NCBI GenBank assembly: GCA_002269645.1
Contig: NIVC01000327.1
Span: forward strand, 248,001-312,000
Origin: Macrostomum lignano
Taxonomy: Eukaryota
Length of the DNA stretch: 64,000 nucleotides
Direction of reading: 5' to 3'
Shown here: positions 11,481 through 26,150 of the stretch, in pieces
Numbering within the stretch: position 1 is the stretch's first letter
Layout: every line of letters starts with the position of its first letter
Notes under the pieces: model-generated
The model's input: the letters and a program-made list of their open reading frames with translations, nothing else
What the model was told of the DNA's origin: nothing
The model's database searches: none
Translations under genes and position numbers: made by a program

Positions 11481-13420
11481 GGACTTACCCTACTCAACTC
11501 AGAAATATGCCAGTCAACACACAAAAACGGCACTCTCACTATAAAAGACACCCTCCCCGGCACAAAAATGACAAACTTTCATAGTTACCCGCTTTGATAA
11601 AGATGAATTATGATTTGGCCTCCAAATTTTTGTTTAACTTTGCAATTGTAGTCTTGGTCTAGTTTTAAGTCGTTTTTTATTCATTTCGTAGAGATTTGAC
11701 TTTCTAAAACTTTTTTATCTTAGCTACTGACACTACTGATTGTGTTTAATAAGTAGTACACGTAGAAGTAGCCGATCGTGAAGCAATATTAATGATCTTT
11801 CTGACCGCTCTACTTGCCCCGCACTATTTTGTCTTGGCGTTAAAGCTGAACAGTATTAAATCAGTGTAATTGATGTATAAAAAAGTTCTTGTTAGCATGC
11901 TGTAACTTTATTTCTTGTTTGCTTGTTTTTATTTTCTTTTTTGCACCAGCTTTAGCTTTTCAATAACTAATTTATAAACATATTTGTTATTTAGCAAGCA
12001 AATCGAAACAAAAACCAACTCATGATCGCGTCATCCATATTTGGCATTTACATCTGTCTTATTTATAGTTATTGAGGTCTGATTCAAATTTCATGCTATC
12101 AAGTCAGTTTGTCGTTTAAAAAATTTATCGATGCCCATAGTGTCGCAAACTCGGTTTTCTTTCAGTGGTTTTTTGTTTTAATTTTTGTTTTAACTTCACA
12201 AAGTAAAAATTTCGTGTTTACTAGTTGTGCACAAATTTCGCGTTAATAAGGCAATCAGCAAGATTTTTATCTATATTAATTATATTTTCATGCTTTGGTC
12301 AGAGCTTCACACGAGGTTTGGTTTTTTACCTTTGCTTTTTATAATTCAAATTTTTTATACTACTATATATTCAAGTCATTCTTTATCTTATTTGAATTCA
12401 ACGGAAATGTGTGACCAGTCATTTCATTAAATGTCTTGAACAGTCTTTGTCGCACTCTGTCTGTCTCATTCACTCTCCTGGTTCTTCTCATATCCCTTAT
12501 TTTGCATTCCATTGTGTGTCGCGTATCCTTATTGTAGTTTTCTTCTTCTGTACATACCTAATTGTGTGTGCTATGAGTTTTGCTATGTTATTTATGCACC
12601 CTTGTCATATTTTAACCTGATGAATAAAACTAGAAGTCAGAGTTCTATAGTAGGAAGTTTTTGGTCATATTTAATACACCATGTTGCAATAAAGCTTTTG
12701 CATATTTGTGTATTTAAAGTTAAATTTATACCCACTCTTCAGACAACAGGTGCGCTTTGTCAGATTAATTACGTCAACCACATTTTAAACAAATATATTC
12801 ATCCCTGTCAAATCATCATTGTCGTATATGGCTTTGTTACGAGTTAATAATAAAGACCTTGTGGAATTAATTTCGATTTTACATTTTTGCGAAGCGAATC
12901 AAGCTTCTGTACGCTCGGTGTCAGCGAAATTCGTTGTGTATTTTTTCATACATTTTTTCTTTGTGGATAGAATACTGAGACGAGAGTATACTGACTAGTG
13001 CAGCACTTATAACGGTACTATGTCAAAAACAGAGTGTAGCATCGTTGGGTAGAATCGTTCTCAATAATATAATTCACTTCTATATACTGACACAGAAATC
13101 TTCCTAAATAATTAATTTTCTATGTAAAAAAAACTTCTTTGAGATACAGCTGATGGCCTGCACTACAAAATAGTTTATAAACACATTTAGACTGTACTAG
13201 CAATCTACGCCCCCCGTTGGGGAGCCAAAGAAATGCAATACACGTTTTTTTAATAAGCTACATATATCCTTGAAATCTTAAAAAATCTCCTGTCAAACCT
13301 TGTAAGCCTTGACATGTCAATAATTCCCCCCCACAAGCTTTAACATATCAACTTCCCCCCTTGAAATCTCAGCAATGCCCCAAATAAGCCTTGGAAATCT
13401 AAAAATATCTGTCAACCTAC

Positions 13421-13463
13421 TAACCCTAACCCTAGCCTAACCCTAACCCTAACCTAACCCTAA
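13421..13463 (+). repeat. Short degenerate (TAACCC)n telomere-like tract, interstitial
   Basis: taaccctaaccctagcctaaccctaaccctaacctaaccctaa. Confidence 0.85.
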
Positions 13464-13904
13464 AGCATTGAAATTTCAGTAATTCTCTCTAAGAGTCATT
13501 ATAGCACTACTACAGCATTATAGCGATTCCTTGCAAGACTCAACATCGTAGGGATTCCCAAATGAATCTCTTAACTTCGACATGACTTTTCTTTTATGTA
13601 TACATAGTGCTACTTTTATTTTTTACATGACTTTTCTTCTATCAGCGCCCCCCCCCGTGACGAGCCAACAAAGAATGCAATAAAAAAATGGAGTAAAGTA
13701 CATGAACTTTGAAGTAGCTTCAAACCCCCCCCGTAATCTCAGTTATTCTCTGAGAGCCTTTACGTCTCAGTTTTTCTCCCCAGCACAGCATTATAGCTGC
13801 ATTTAATTTTTACATGAACCCTTCATGTCTGACATGACGTTTCTTTTATTCTACCGTGACGCTTCTTAATTTTTTAAATGACACTTTCATTAGTTTTTAA
13901 ATGA

Positions 13905-14350
13905 GGCTTCTATGATTTTTTCTTGACGCTTCTATGATTTTTACATGACGCTTCTATGATTTTTATATGACGTTTCTATGATTGTTTACATGACGCTTCT
14001 ATGATTGTTTACATGACGCTTCTATGATTGTTTACATGACGCTTCTATGATTGTTTGCATGACGCTTCTATGATTGTTTACATGACGCTTCTATGATTGT
14101 TTACATGACGCTTCTATGATTGTTTACATGACGCTTCTATGATTGTTTGCATGACGCTTCTATGATTGTTTGCATGACGCTTCTATGATTTTTTGCATGA
14201 CGCTTCTATGATTGTTTACATGACGCTTCTATGATTGTTTGCATGACGCTTCTATGATTGTTTACATGACGCTTCTATGATTGTTTACATGACGCTTCTA
14301 TGATTGTTTACATGACGCTTCTATGATTGTTTACACGTACATGACGCTTC
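13905..14350. repeat. 23-bp minisatellite (CATGACGCTTCTATGATTGTTTA)n
   Basis: About 19 tandem copies. Confidence 0.95.
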
Positions 14351-15109
14351 AAAACTTCTTTGAGATGCAGCTGATGGCCTGCACTCCAAAATAGTTTATA
14401 AACACATTTAGACTGTATGCGATATAGGGGCAGAAATGTTTAAACTCCTAACAATAGTTATAACATATCTGTCTCGGGCTATAAATCTGATCAGAATAGT
14501 TACTTTTTCAAGTTCTGGAACCAGGACTTATTTTACAATGCTAATGTGTCATTCTTGTGTAAGATCTCACAGCAATCTATTTTTTAAATGTATTTCAAAG
14601 ATCTTCAATCTGTACCCTAAATACCGTGCTAGAAGAAAAAAATCAACTGTCATTTAACTATTAAATTAGCTCCGATGAAACTGCATCAAATTTCGATGAC
14701 ATTTTTGCGATCCTACTGTACTATACGCATAATAATTATCCTAATCGGTGTTAAACGATAAAATCAAACAAAGCGGTATCAATTTTCTTAAAAATAGTTT
14801 TTACGTAGTTATAACACATATTTTAATATCGTCAGTTTCCTAGGTCTTTGGTTTTTTGTTTTTTTATTGGTCGTGTATTTTCCGGTCTTTTATCTTTCAA
14901 AAATTTGAAAATAAAACTAGTGGACGTCGCGGTTCAAATTTTAGCTATGACCCGCATTCGAACTCCAACTCCAACTCCAACTCCAAATTCGGGAAAAGAT
15001 AAACAAATTTTCAAATCCTTCAAAAGCTAACCGTATGTCTAAAACTGGGATAATCAGATGATAAAAATAAAGAATAACAACTGTTTTCTACATTTTTGTG
15101 ACTTTTCAG

Positions 15110-16153
15110 TCACATTCATTCATCCATCTAGTTGCTATTGATCTTCAGTTTAAAATAGACGAAATAAATACAACAATTTTCGTACATTTACAGACTCTAT
15201 TAAAATGTTTGAAGACCTGGTCTGCACTCAAAACTGAAAACTAATTTGAAGTTGAAGTAGAAATCAAAAATAACAAAAGAAATCTACATTTCTGTGCAAT
15301 TTCTGCAAGATTCATGCATCCAGCTCGGAGTTATTGACCTCTAGTTTGAAATGGACGCGTTTAAATGCATACATTTTAGTGCATTTACAGTATGAAACCA
15401 AAAGTTTAAAAATCTGGGCTGCACTCAAAACTGAAAACTAATTTGGAGTTGAAGTAAAAATCAAAAATAACAAAAGAAATCTACATTTCTGTGCAATTTC
15501 TGCAAGATTCATGCATCCAGCTCGGAGTTATTGACCTCTAGTTTGAAATGGACGTTTAAATGCATACATTTTAGTGCATTTACAGTATGAAACCAAAAGT
15601 TTAAAAATCTAAGCTGCACTCAAAACTGAAAACTAATTAGAAGTTGAAGTAAAAATCAAAAATAACAAAAGAAATCTACATTTCTGTGCAATTTCTGCAA
15701 GATTCATGCATCCAGCTCGGAGTTATTGACCTCTAGTTTGAAATGGACGCGTTTAAATGCATACATTTTAGTGCATTTACAGTATGAAACCAAAAGTTTA
15801 AAAATCTGGGCTGCACTCAAAACTGAAAACTAATTTGGAGTTGAAGTAAAAATCAAAAATAACAAAAGAAATCTACATTTCTGTGCAATTTCTGCAAGAT
15901 TCATGCATCCAGCTCGGAGTTATTGACCTCTAGTTTGAAATGGACGCGTTTAAATGCATACATTTTAGTGCATTTACAGTATGAAACCAAAAGTTTAAAA
16001 ATCTAAGCTGCACTCAAAACTGAAAACTAATTTGAAGTTGAAGTAAAAATCAAAAATAACAAAAGAAATCTACATTTCTGTGCAATTTCTGCAAGATTCA
16101 TGCATCCAGCTCGGAGTTATTGACCTCTAGTTTGAAATGGACGCGTTTAAATG
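15110..16153. repeat. 197-bp satellite, left part (~5 copies)
   Basis: CTGCACTCAAAACTG recurs at 15222, 15419, 15614, 15811 and 16008. Confidence 0.95.
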
Positions 16154-18328
16154 CCCAGTGAAAAATGATTCATGGATTCCACGTGGGTTCCACGTGGCCA
16201 TGTGGAATTTAAATGTTTCTTTAATTTTTGCAAATTAATGACTTAAAGATGACATAATGGTATGCAAAGTATTTTTTATGCATTATTTTTTTATTTTTAC
16301 TGTCCTAATGTTGATGTGGATTTTACAAGGAATTCATGAGAAATAAGCGTATATTGATTCAACATGGAATCCACTTCGATAAAAAACTGTGATACACCTT
16401 ATTCAGACGTTTTTATGAAATTACTAAAATTAATTATTATATTTATATGCTTTTAAGTAAAAATTATTATCTAAAAGCTAAATTATAATCGGAAAATAAG
16501 ATACTGTTTGTTAAAATAGACAAAATAGAAGTTAACAATAAAAAACGTTTCGTACGTTTTAAAATTAAATTAATTTTATTTTATATTCGTCAATGTCTTG
16601 GTCCAAGGCCTTGAAAGATAAAGTGCCTTGTTTATGGCTATTTAAGCACCTTAAAAATTTTAGTAGACCTAGCCTATAGGCAATAACTTACGAGTATAAG
16701 GCCATGGCCTCCATGGGATTAGAAATTAGATAAATCAGTATTTTATCATAGATAGGCCTAATACTTTTGGTAAAATCCATGATAAATTTATTTAGGCCTA
16801 GGCCCTATCCAATTTCTAGGAATCCCATGGCCATGTCCATAGATTGGCTACTCATTTTTTAACTTAAATAGGCCTTTAGAAGTTCATAATTTCCTCTTAG
16901 TCCTATCTATCTATTTATATGTATGCTTATTAGGCCTATTTTAAGCTAGGCCTATAACTATCAATTTAGGTCCTATTTTAATTAAGGTTGGGAGTTGGGA
17001 CTAGCTTGACTTTGTGAATTGTGACTAGTCAATCTAGTTAATCTGTTAAAAATCTATTAATTTATGATTTTCTTCAAAAAAGCTTATTAGCATCTTTTGG
17101 ACTTGTTGCATTTTTAAAAACAGTATTATTAATTATAATAAATAATTCTGCATTTACACTTGCAACTTGCTTTTGGCATAGCTAGCCTAGCAGATCCCTA
17201 AGGTTGCTATTATAAATAAATAATGATTATTGTAAATTTGATCTGATTTAGGCCAAGTCCAGAATTTAATAGCCATAGGCATAGGGCATAGGCCCCCTAG
17301 CTATTTAAGCTTAGGCCTAATGTTAAATCATACTAGGCCAGCAAATATAAAAAAACATGCATTGCTTTGCCTAAATACTTTATAGTTTAAAATCAATTTT
17401 AATATAAAAAATTAAATTTATAGAAACATATATTAATTATTTTTGTAGGGTAAGATCTCATCAACCGAACAAGGGATCTTCAAAACCGAACATGCAAGTT
17501 ACTTTCGTTTTTACTGTCTCATGGGGACTATATTCCAAGAGTCTATAAAAGTGAAATACCATTTAAAAGAAGGTATTCTTATCTACAAAATGAGATAAAG
17601 TTTTGACAATCTGCTCGATAGATACTCAAGAAAATTAGCAATATTGATAGAAATTTTTGAAATAATATGCGTTTTGAAGTTTTTTCTTGATTTGGGATGT
17701 CTGTAGAAAAATTGCTCTACAGACCACTATTTTTAACTTACATTCAAAACGAAACACTTTTTGAATTCAGTGTTAAATTTTCTACAAAGTGATCCAACAC
17801 ACATACCAATCTGATAAATAGTTCAGCAAAAAATGCCACTGTTCGGTTGATGATACCAAATTGACTGTTCGGTTCGGTTTTCAGATCTCGGGATCATCAA
17901 CCGAACAGAAAAATCTTCAAAACCGAACGAACAAAAATGGTCCAAAAAAACTTATTTTTCGCTCGCTTATTCTACCTTACAATAAAAAAGATCTTTTTTA
18001 AAAAAGAAAAACTCATTTAAGCCACGTAATTGCAAATATTTCGAGCTTAAAAATGTACCAATTTTTATGCAAAATACATAAGAGGATTATTCCATTCTGA
18101 CAAAATCTTGCTATTAATTGCTTCTATTTCTACTAAAAGTAGCTAAAAGCAACATATATATTTTCTTTTCAGAATTCCGCAGCATAAAAAAGAAAATCGA
18201 ATCAACAAGACAGGCCAAGTTGGATGTGCTAGGCGGCCTACTATAGGCCTAGGCCTAATGGTAGCCGCTTTACTGTTAAACGATTTAAGAGTAAAGCCTA
18301 TTAAACGTCTAATTTAATTTATAGTAAA

Positions 18329-18520
<192 letters not shown>

Positions 18521-18540
18521 CCACAGGTACAATACAAAAT

Positions 18541-21500
18541 TTGATACATGTAGATTGGTGGACTGAAGCAGTTAGAGAGGCGCCCACATGTAGATTGATG
18601 GATAGAAGCAGTTATAGAGAGGCGCCCTTGATACATGTAGATTGATGGATAGAAGCAGTTAGAGAGGCGCCCTTGATACATGTAGATTGATGGATAGAAG
18701 CAGTTAGAGAGGCGCCCTTGATACATGTAGATTGATGGATAGAAGCAGTTAGAGAGGCGCCCTTGATACATGTAGATTGATGGATAGAAGCAGTTAGAGA
18801 GGCGCTCTTGATACATGTAGATTGATGGATAGAAGCAGTTATAGAGAGGCGCCCTCGATACATGTAGATTGATGGATAGAAGCAGTTAGAGAGGCGCCCT
18901 TGATACATGTAGATTGATGGATAGAAGCAGTTAGAGAGGCGCCCTTGATACATGTAGATTGATGGATAGAAGCAGTTAGAGAGGCGCCCTTGATACATGT
19001 AGATTGATGGATAGAAGCAGTTAGAGAGGCGCTCTTGATACATGTAGATTGATGGATAGAAGCAGTTAGAGAGGCGCTTTTGATACATGTAGATTGATGG
19101 ATAGAAGCAGTTATAGAGAGGCGCCCTTGATACATGTAGATTGATGGATAGAAGCAGTTAGAGAGGCGCCCTTGATACATGTAGATTGATGGATAGAAGC
19201 AGTTAGAGAGGCGCCCTTGATACATGTAGATTGATGGATAGAAGCAGTTAGAGAGGCGCTCTTGATACATGTAGATTGATGGATAGAAGCAGTTAGAGAG
19301 GCGCTCTTGATACATGTAGATTGATGGATAGAAGCAGTTATAGAGAGGCGCCCTTGATACATGTAGATTGATGGATAGAAGCAGTTAGAGAGGCGCCCTT
19401 GATACATGTAGATTGATGAACAGCCGTTAGAGAGGCGCCCATGATACATGTAGATTGATGGATAGAAGCAGTTAGAGAGGCGCTCTTGATACATGTAGAT
19501 TGATGGATAGAAGCAGTTAGAGAGGCGCCCTTGATACATGTAGATTGATGGATAGAAGCAGTTAGAGAGGCGCTCTTGATACATGTAGATTGATGGATAG
19601 AAGCAGTTAGAGAGGCGCTCTTGATACATGTAGATTGATGGATAGAAGCAGTTAGAGAGGCGTCCTTGATACATGTAGATTGATGGATAGAAGCAGTTAG
19701 AGAGGCGCTCTTGATACATGTAGATTGATGGATAGAAGCAGTTAGAGAGGCGCCCACATGTAGATTGATGGATAGAAGCACCCTAGATGAAATCGTCATG
19801 CCATTTCTTAGCAGATCTGTCTGGAGCTTCTCGCTACGTTCTTGCAAGAACGTAACAGATCTGCACTATTTAAATATATAGGCAGAACTTACAAGATCTG
19901 CAGGAAGATCTTGCACGGTCTGCACAAGCAGATCTTAGAAGATCTGGGCAGATCTTGTAAGATGTATTAAGCTTTACCAATTGAATGCATTGTCCGTCTT
20001 ATCAAATCTTCCCAGATCTGTTTAGTAATCCATTTATAAAACCCCAATGCACTAATCTAATTCCAATAAAGAACACGAGTTATGACAGGACTTTCTTATT
20101 TGATTCTGCACTTTTAGTATTGTGCTAGGCCTAGTAAGCTGCCAGAACAAAAGCAAATGTCATTGAACAATCAAAATAAAGTAGACATATTTATTTGTGA
20201 AAATGTAAACAAATACACATATGCTCATGAAATAAAACTTGTATGCACAAGGGAAATAGCACAAGCAAAAAATAAGTCAACTTCAAAACAAAAGTTAAGC
20301 ACACATTCAATAGAAGAAATACTAATGGTACAATGGACTAATGAAATTAGGGTGAGCAATACTTTTAGCAACTAAAAAATAGAAGCAGAAACATTTGAAA
20401 AAAACCAGGTGCATCTTTTACTACAATGTACAATTAAATTGGTTTGCAAATAATTGAAACTGAAAGAGTCCAGTACTGAAAGATTTTAAAGTCAATATTG
20501 CTAGAAAGCTTACTTTGTTATCAATAAAAGTAGGTCTATAAGAGCTCTTAGTAATACTTTAGAGCTCTTTATCATGTTGCATTTTTACTTTAGGCTGGCT
20601 TCATTTTTTCTTTTAGCAATCATAGGATGCTTGCCACTTTGCCACTTGGTATAAAGACAAGCTTGGAACCCATAAGTAGTTATGCCATATTGACCATGTA
20701 AAGTAGCTGCAATGAAAGGGAAAATTGTAGTAAAGTTCTGGGATTATAAACATTAATATTCAATTCAAAATAACTAAAATATAAAACAAATATTGTTGTT
20801 ATGTTTTTAAATAGTCAGAATAATAACTTTTGTAAAAGTTCTATGGTCTTAATTAAATTTAGACCTATGTTTTTCTTCTATTCTATATTTTTCATATTAT
20901 TCATCTAGGCCTATCTAGCATAAATACTTTTAGATTTTAATATGCCTATATATATTCTTCAAATAGTAGGTCAAGGCTTAAGATAACTTTCTAACAACCA
21001 TAAGCCTATATTTAAGCATCCGGGTTTAATTCTAATTCATAAAAACTATACCCTATATAGCAATTACAATTTTTAGTAGAATAGGGCCTATTTTATTTTA
21101 AAATAAAAATGATAAGCCTAGTTATAACACTATTTACTAAAAGTAGACATTACACTCTTAACCTAAGTGTTTAAAATCAAGGAGGGATTAAAACCAAGTT
21201 TTACAGATATGTCAGTCTACCTATTTATAAATCTAGATAAGCATTTATAAAACAAACAAAAACAGAGTAGACCTATTTAATTAAGATTTACTTACTAGCT
21301 AGGTCACTAGAACTAGCCTAGCCCTAGCCTAGGGGCTAGAACTAGGTATGTATGTATAAATATAATATAATGAAATGCAAAAGACTACAAAAATACTGAT
21401 CTATGTAACTGAATTTCTGAATTATTAATGGTAATGGAATAATGAATTATTAATGGACAATATCGCTAGGTCTAGACATGCATTCTGTTTTTATTAAAGC

Positions 21501-22948
21501 ATAGAACAAAGTCATAGGCCTAGGCCTACTCATACTTATAGGCCTGGGAGTAGGAGACAAGCCTCGAGATATATATATATATATATAGATATAGATATAT
21601 ATATAGCATACATTTTATAGTCATAGTCAGTCTGTCAATTATGTCAAACTTTTTTTTAATTGATGACGCGATCTGCTCTTCATTTAAAGCCATAGCTATA
21701 CTCAATCAACAAAGTTATTATGGCTAAAAAATAGTGATACTACACTATGAAACAATTTAAGGAATTAAAAATTACGTATTCGGCTAAGTCAAAAGAAAGA
21801 ACTGAGATGGATGGATAAATTGCAAGAGCGAGAATTCAAACTATAAGGGTGCACTATGTTCAGAACTGCGGAAATAATATTTAAACAAATTCATTTACTG
21901 TTGGCTGCCAAAAGAACAACTAAAATAAATAAAAATCATTAAACAAACGTAATTACTATTAAGTTAAATACTTTGAGGAAAAAAAACAATTCAGACACTT
22001 TTCAAAACTGGTCTGTACAGATCTGCAAGAACTGATCTGACAAGATCCAGCAGAGAAATGTGAAAATATATGAAAGTCTTTTTTCTGATATACAGTTGGA
22101 AATTTTGTTTTCTCTTTATCTAAGAAGTATTTTCTAAAAAATCACGAAAGTTTTTAACGTACCAAACAATAAAAAATGGCTTGCAAAGATTTGCAGTAAG
22201 ATCTTGTAAGACAAAAGCAGATACAGATCTGCTAAGAGATTTAAGTAAGAACAGATCTGTTAAGAATGTTAACCAAAATTCACAGATCTGTTAAGAAATT
22301 TAAGTAAGAACAGATCTGCCAAGAATGAGTGAACAGAACTTCATCTAGGGCAGTTATAGAGAGGCGCCCTTGATACATGTAGATTGATGGATAGAAGCAG
22401 TTAGAGAGGCGCTCTTGATACATGTAGATTGATGGATAGAAGCAGTTAGAGAGGCGCTCTTGATACATGTAGATTGATGGATAGAAGCAGTTAGAGAGGC
22501 GCCCTTGATACATGTAGATTGATGGATAGAAGCAGTTAGAGAGGCGCTCTTGATACATGTAGATTGATGGATAGAAGCAGTTATAGAGAGGCGCCCTTGA
22601 TACATGTAGATTGATGGATAGAAGCAGTTAGAGAGGCGCCCTTGATACATGTAGATTGATGGATAGAAGCAGTTAGAGAGGCGCCCACATGTAGATTGAT
22701 GGATAGAAGCAGTTAGAGAGGCGCCCTTGATACATGTAGATTGATGGATAGAAGCAGTTAGAGAGGCGTCCTTGATACATGTAGATTGATGGATAGAAGC
22801 AGTTAGAGAGGCGCTCTTGATACATGTAGATTGATGGATAGAAGCAGTTAGAGAGGCGCCCACATGTAGATTGATGGATAGAAGCAGTTATAGAGAGGCG
22901 CCCTTGATACATGTAGATTGATGGATAGAAGCAGTTAGAGAGGCGCTT
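18541..22948. repeat. 45-bp minisatellite (TTGATACATGTAGATTGATGGATAGAAGCAGTTAGAGAGGCGCCC)n, split by an insertion at 19781-22350
   Basis: Arrays at 18541-19780 and 22351-22948; 15-aa periodicity in the ORF track. Confidence 0.97.
19781..22350. mobile_element. Non-autonomous CACTA/CMC-type element, 2570 bp
   Basis: 11-bp TIR CCCTAGATGAA, 2-bp TSD CA (19779-80 and 22351-2), many CAGATCTG/AAGATCT subterminal repeats at both ends, no long ORF. Confidence 0.88.
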
Positions 22949-23633
22949 TTTTGAAAATTGAATAGAAAAGAGGTTTGACATTATTGTAAAAATTTAATGT
23001 ACTTTACCTTAAAAGTTGGTTGAATTGTAAAGTAAATTTGGTAGACTACACTTTCTTGTTAATGCGCTTTCGATTGATAGGCCTTACTCGAGAGCTTTAC
23101 TCCAGCATATATTTCAAAAATGGCCTAAGGATAAAAAAGATAGATACTCAAGAGCCTTGCTTTCTTTGAGCTAGCCTATGCCTAGTTTAAAAGCTGGCCT
23201 GTAGTGATGCAATCCTAGGCCTACCAATGTAAGAGTCAACCTACGAGTACTTGAGCTGTGGGATTTCCAACCAGCCAATGGGAATCAGACCGCGAGTTTT
23301 TACTCTTGTATGACTAGGCCTAACGTGAACTCCCGCATTCACATGCCACTGCCAGGCTCCATAACCTTATATTTGAGCAGAACTAGGACCATTGCGCGTA
23401 GGCCTACTGATCGGTCTAGGCCTCATCAATAGAACCGGTATCGGCGCAGCGGGGGGGGTGAGGCAGATCGAGAGGGCTGCTGCCCCCGGATGACCCTCCG
23501 GACCACCCTACCATCCCTTCGAGGGGTATGAGCAGCTCGTTGTATTGCGAGATTTTAGCTTAATGCACTGCTCTAATTTTAAAAATTCGCTGGGGGAGGG
23601 GGGTCACCACCCAAACACCGCCCTCTTAATCAG

Positions 23634-23686
23634 CAAGGGCGGATTTACTTGGAACCCCCCAAAATGAAACTCTAGATCCGCCACTG
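23634..23686. mobile_element. 53-bp hAT-like mini-element
   Basis: Ends CAAGGGCGGATTTA / TAGATCCGCCACTG (imperfect TIR), flanked by a perfect 8-bp duplication TTAATCAG. Confidence 0.6.
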
Positions 23687-26150
23687 TTAATCAGAGGTGC
23701 AGCATCGCAACTGATTTGAACCAACATCGAAAGCAAAAATACATTTAGCCTATCGGCCATTTCCGTCACTAGTTAGGGCCTAAAGCAAAACGTAGGCCTA
23801 TAGTACTCGTATAGGCCTAAAATACCTAAATACTTCAATTTTAAAGAATACAAATTAAAGATACATATCTACATAATTTAATTCTTAACTGTACATGAAC
23901 TCCTAGTTTTCTCTAAGAACTCATCCTAGACTTATAGTTATCAATTATTATAACTAACATAATTAGCCCTAATTAGTGTTTCAGTGAATTAAAAACAGCA
24001 AAATGTTTTCTGTGATTGAGTGAAAATGCTGAGCTGGGTCAGACTCAGCTCATTCTGAATGCATTATGGACTCACGTGCTGGGACACACAGAGACAGTTA
24101 GAGAAGGAATCGGCCTGTTTGATGAAGAGGTTATAGCGGCTCTCAAGTCCTCTCTTTCTGTGTTTGAGTGAAAATGCTGAGCTGGGTCAGACTCAGCTCA
24201 TTCTGAATGCATGATGGACTCACGTGCTCGGACACACAGAGACAGTTAGAGAAGGAATCGGCCTGTTTGATGAAGAGGTTATAGCGGCTCTCAAGTCCTC
24301 TCTTTCTGTGTTTGAGTGAAAATGCTGAGCTGGGTCAGACTCAGCTCATTCTGAATGCATGATGGACTCACGTGCTGGGACACACAGAGACAGTTAGAGA
24401 AGGAATCGGCCTGTTTGATGAAGAGGTTATAGCGGCTCTCAAGTCCTCTCTTTCTGTGATTGAGTGAAAATGCTGAGCTGGGTCAGACTCAGCTCATTCT
24501 GAATGCATGATGGACTCACGTGCTGGGACACACAGAGACAGTTAGAGAAGGGATCGGCCTGTTTGATGAAGAGGTTATAGCGGCTCTCAAGTCCTCTCTT
24601 TCTGTGATTGAGTGAAAATGCTGAGCTGGGTCAGACTCAGCTCATTCTGAATGCATTATGGACTCACGTGCTGGGACACACAGAGACAGTTAGAGAAGGA
24701 ATCGGCCTGTTTGATGAAGAGATTATAGCGGCTCTCAAGTCCTCTCTTTCTGTGTTTGAGTGAAAATGCTGAGCTGGGTCAGACTCAGCTCATTCTGAAT
24801 GCATGATGGACTCACGTGCTGGGACACACAGAGACAGTTAGAGAAGGAATAGGCCTGTTTGATGAAGAGGTTATAGCGGCTCTCAAGTCCTCTCTTTCTG
24901 TGATTGAGTGAAAATGCTGAGCTGGGTCAGACTCAGCTCATTCTGAATGCATGATGGACTCACGTGCTGGGACACACAGAGACAGTTAGAGAAGGAATAG
25001 GCCTGTTTGATGAAGAGGTTATAGCCCTACTCTCTTATCATGGATAAATCATCTATGATCCATGATCCATTGATAAATCATGCATGTTCATGGTATTTTC
25101 ATGCATGGATTTTTAAAACTTTCCATGGTAAAATCATCCATGTCAGGGAGTTCATACGGGAAAATAAATAACTAAGCTTATAAAAAATTTCAGGCTATTT
25201 TATGTATATCTAATAAAGTTTTAAATATATTTAATAAAAGCGAAATTGTAAATACAAAAAATAGTTTAATAAATTTGTTAAAATCTTCACCTACAAATTG
25301 CTTTGAATATATTACCAGCAATTTTGTTGGCCATTTTGTTTCGGTTTAGTTAATTACGGACTTAACTTCCCATAAACATAAATTACTAGGCCTATTTTTC
25401 CTTTCTAAGAGGACTCTGTCACTCTTGCATGTTGTCATCATTTCATTATGTGTCACTATGTGCTATGTTTATGTTTATGTTTTTTCTTAGCTATATACTT
25501 CCAGTTCCACTTTTGGTAGCTAGTTTTAAAATTCGGTGGCTTGTAAGGTTTTTTGACATGCTAATTTTGATCTTCACTCCTTCAGTGAAAATTGTATTTG
25601 TAGATATATTAGAAAATAGAAACCCTATTATATATTATATTTGGGATGCAAAGATAACCTATAGGGGTTAGATGTATATTTTTGAATGATATTTTGCTGC
25701 ATTTTTATAATGATAGGTTGGCCTAACCAAAGCCAAAGGCCTAGTCTAAAGTGGCATCCTAGACCTAGGCCATAGCCTAATGATAAAAATCACATGGTAG
25801 GCTGACAGTTTCAAAATAATAATAAATAATAGTATATTATGGTAATTGGTACTTAATTTCGAGACCTTTCATGTCCTTTGTATCTAATATACAGTCTATA
25901 ATCAAAACTAGACTAGACTAGGCCCAATTAGGCCTAATATTGTCTACTTTGTATCAGAAAATCCACAATGGCACAACTTTATAATTATAGGCCTATATAT
26001 AGGGCCTAGGCCTTATATTATAATTTTTATTTAAAATCATAGGGGCCTAGGGTCCCTACATTAAATTTTTTTTATATACAATTCTAATTGGTTTGTCATT
26101 GGCCTCTTGATTGATTCTTCAAACCTTATCTCCTTGTGAAACTTTTTCAG

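Larger units (their letters stand above)
13197..14350 (-). mobile_element. Probable non-autonomous Helitron-like fragment
   Basis: Minus strand ends ...GCTCCCCAACGGGGGC-GTAGATTG-CTAG|T (hairpin, 8 nt, CTAG, then T). A second degenerate 3'-end copy lies near 13640-13685. The empty-site junction would be A^T. No 5' TC end found. Confidence 0.55.

Noticed and set aside
10204-11597. Antisense ORFs over the last PTP exon and the KWHPSHA/GRGAIF ORFs
   Set aside because: Antisense shadows of the real exon and translations of the 22-bp repeat.
13421-13463. Chromosome end or telomere
   Set aside because: Only ~7 degenerate units, embedded in an interstitial repeat.
24018-24165. Hammerhead ribozyme in the 148-bp satellite (TTGATGA...GAAA)
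   Set aside because: The core is TTGATGA rather than CTGATGA, the hairpin ends ~16 nt before GAAA, and no stem I/III pairing was found.
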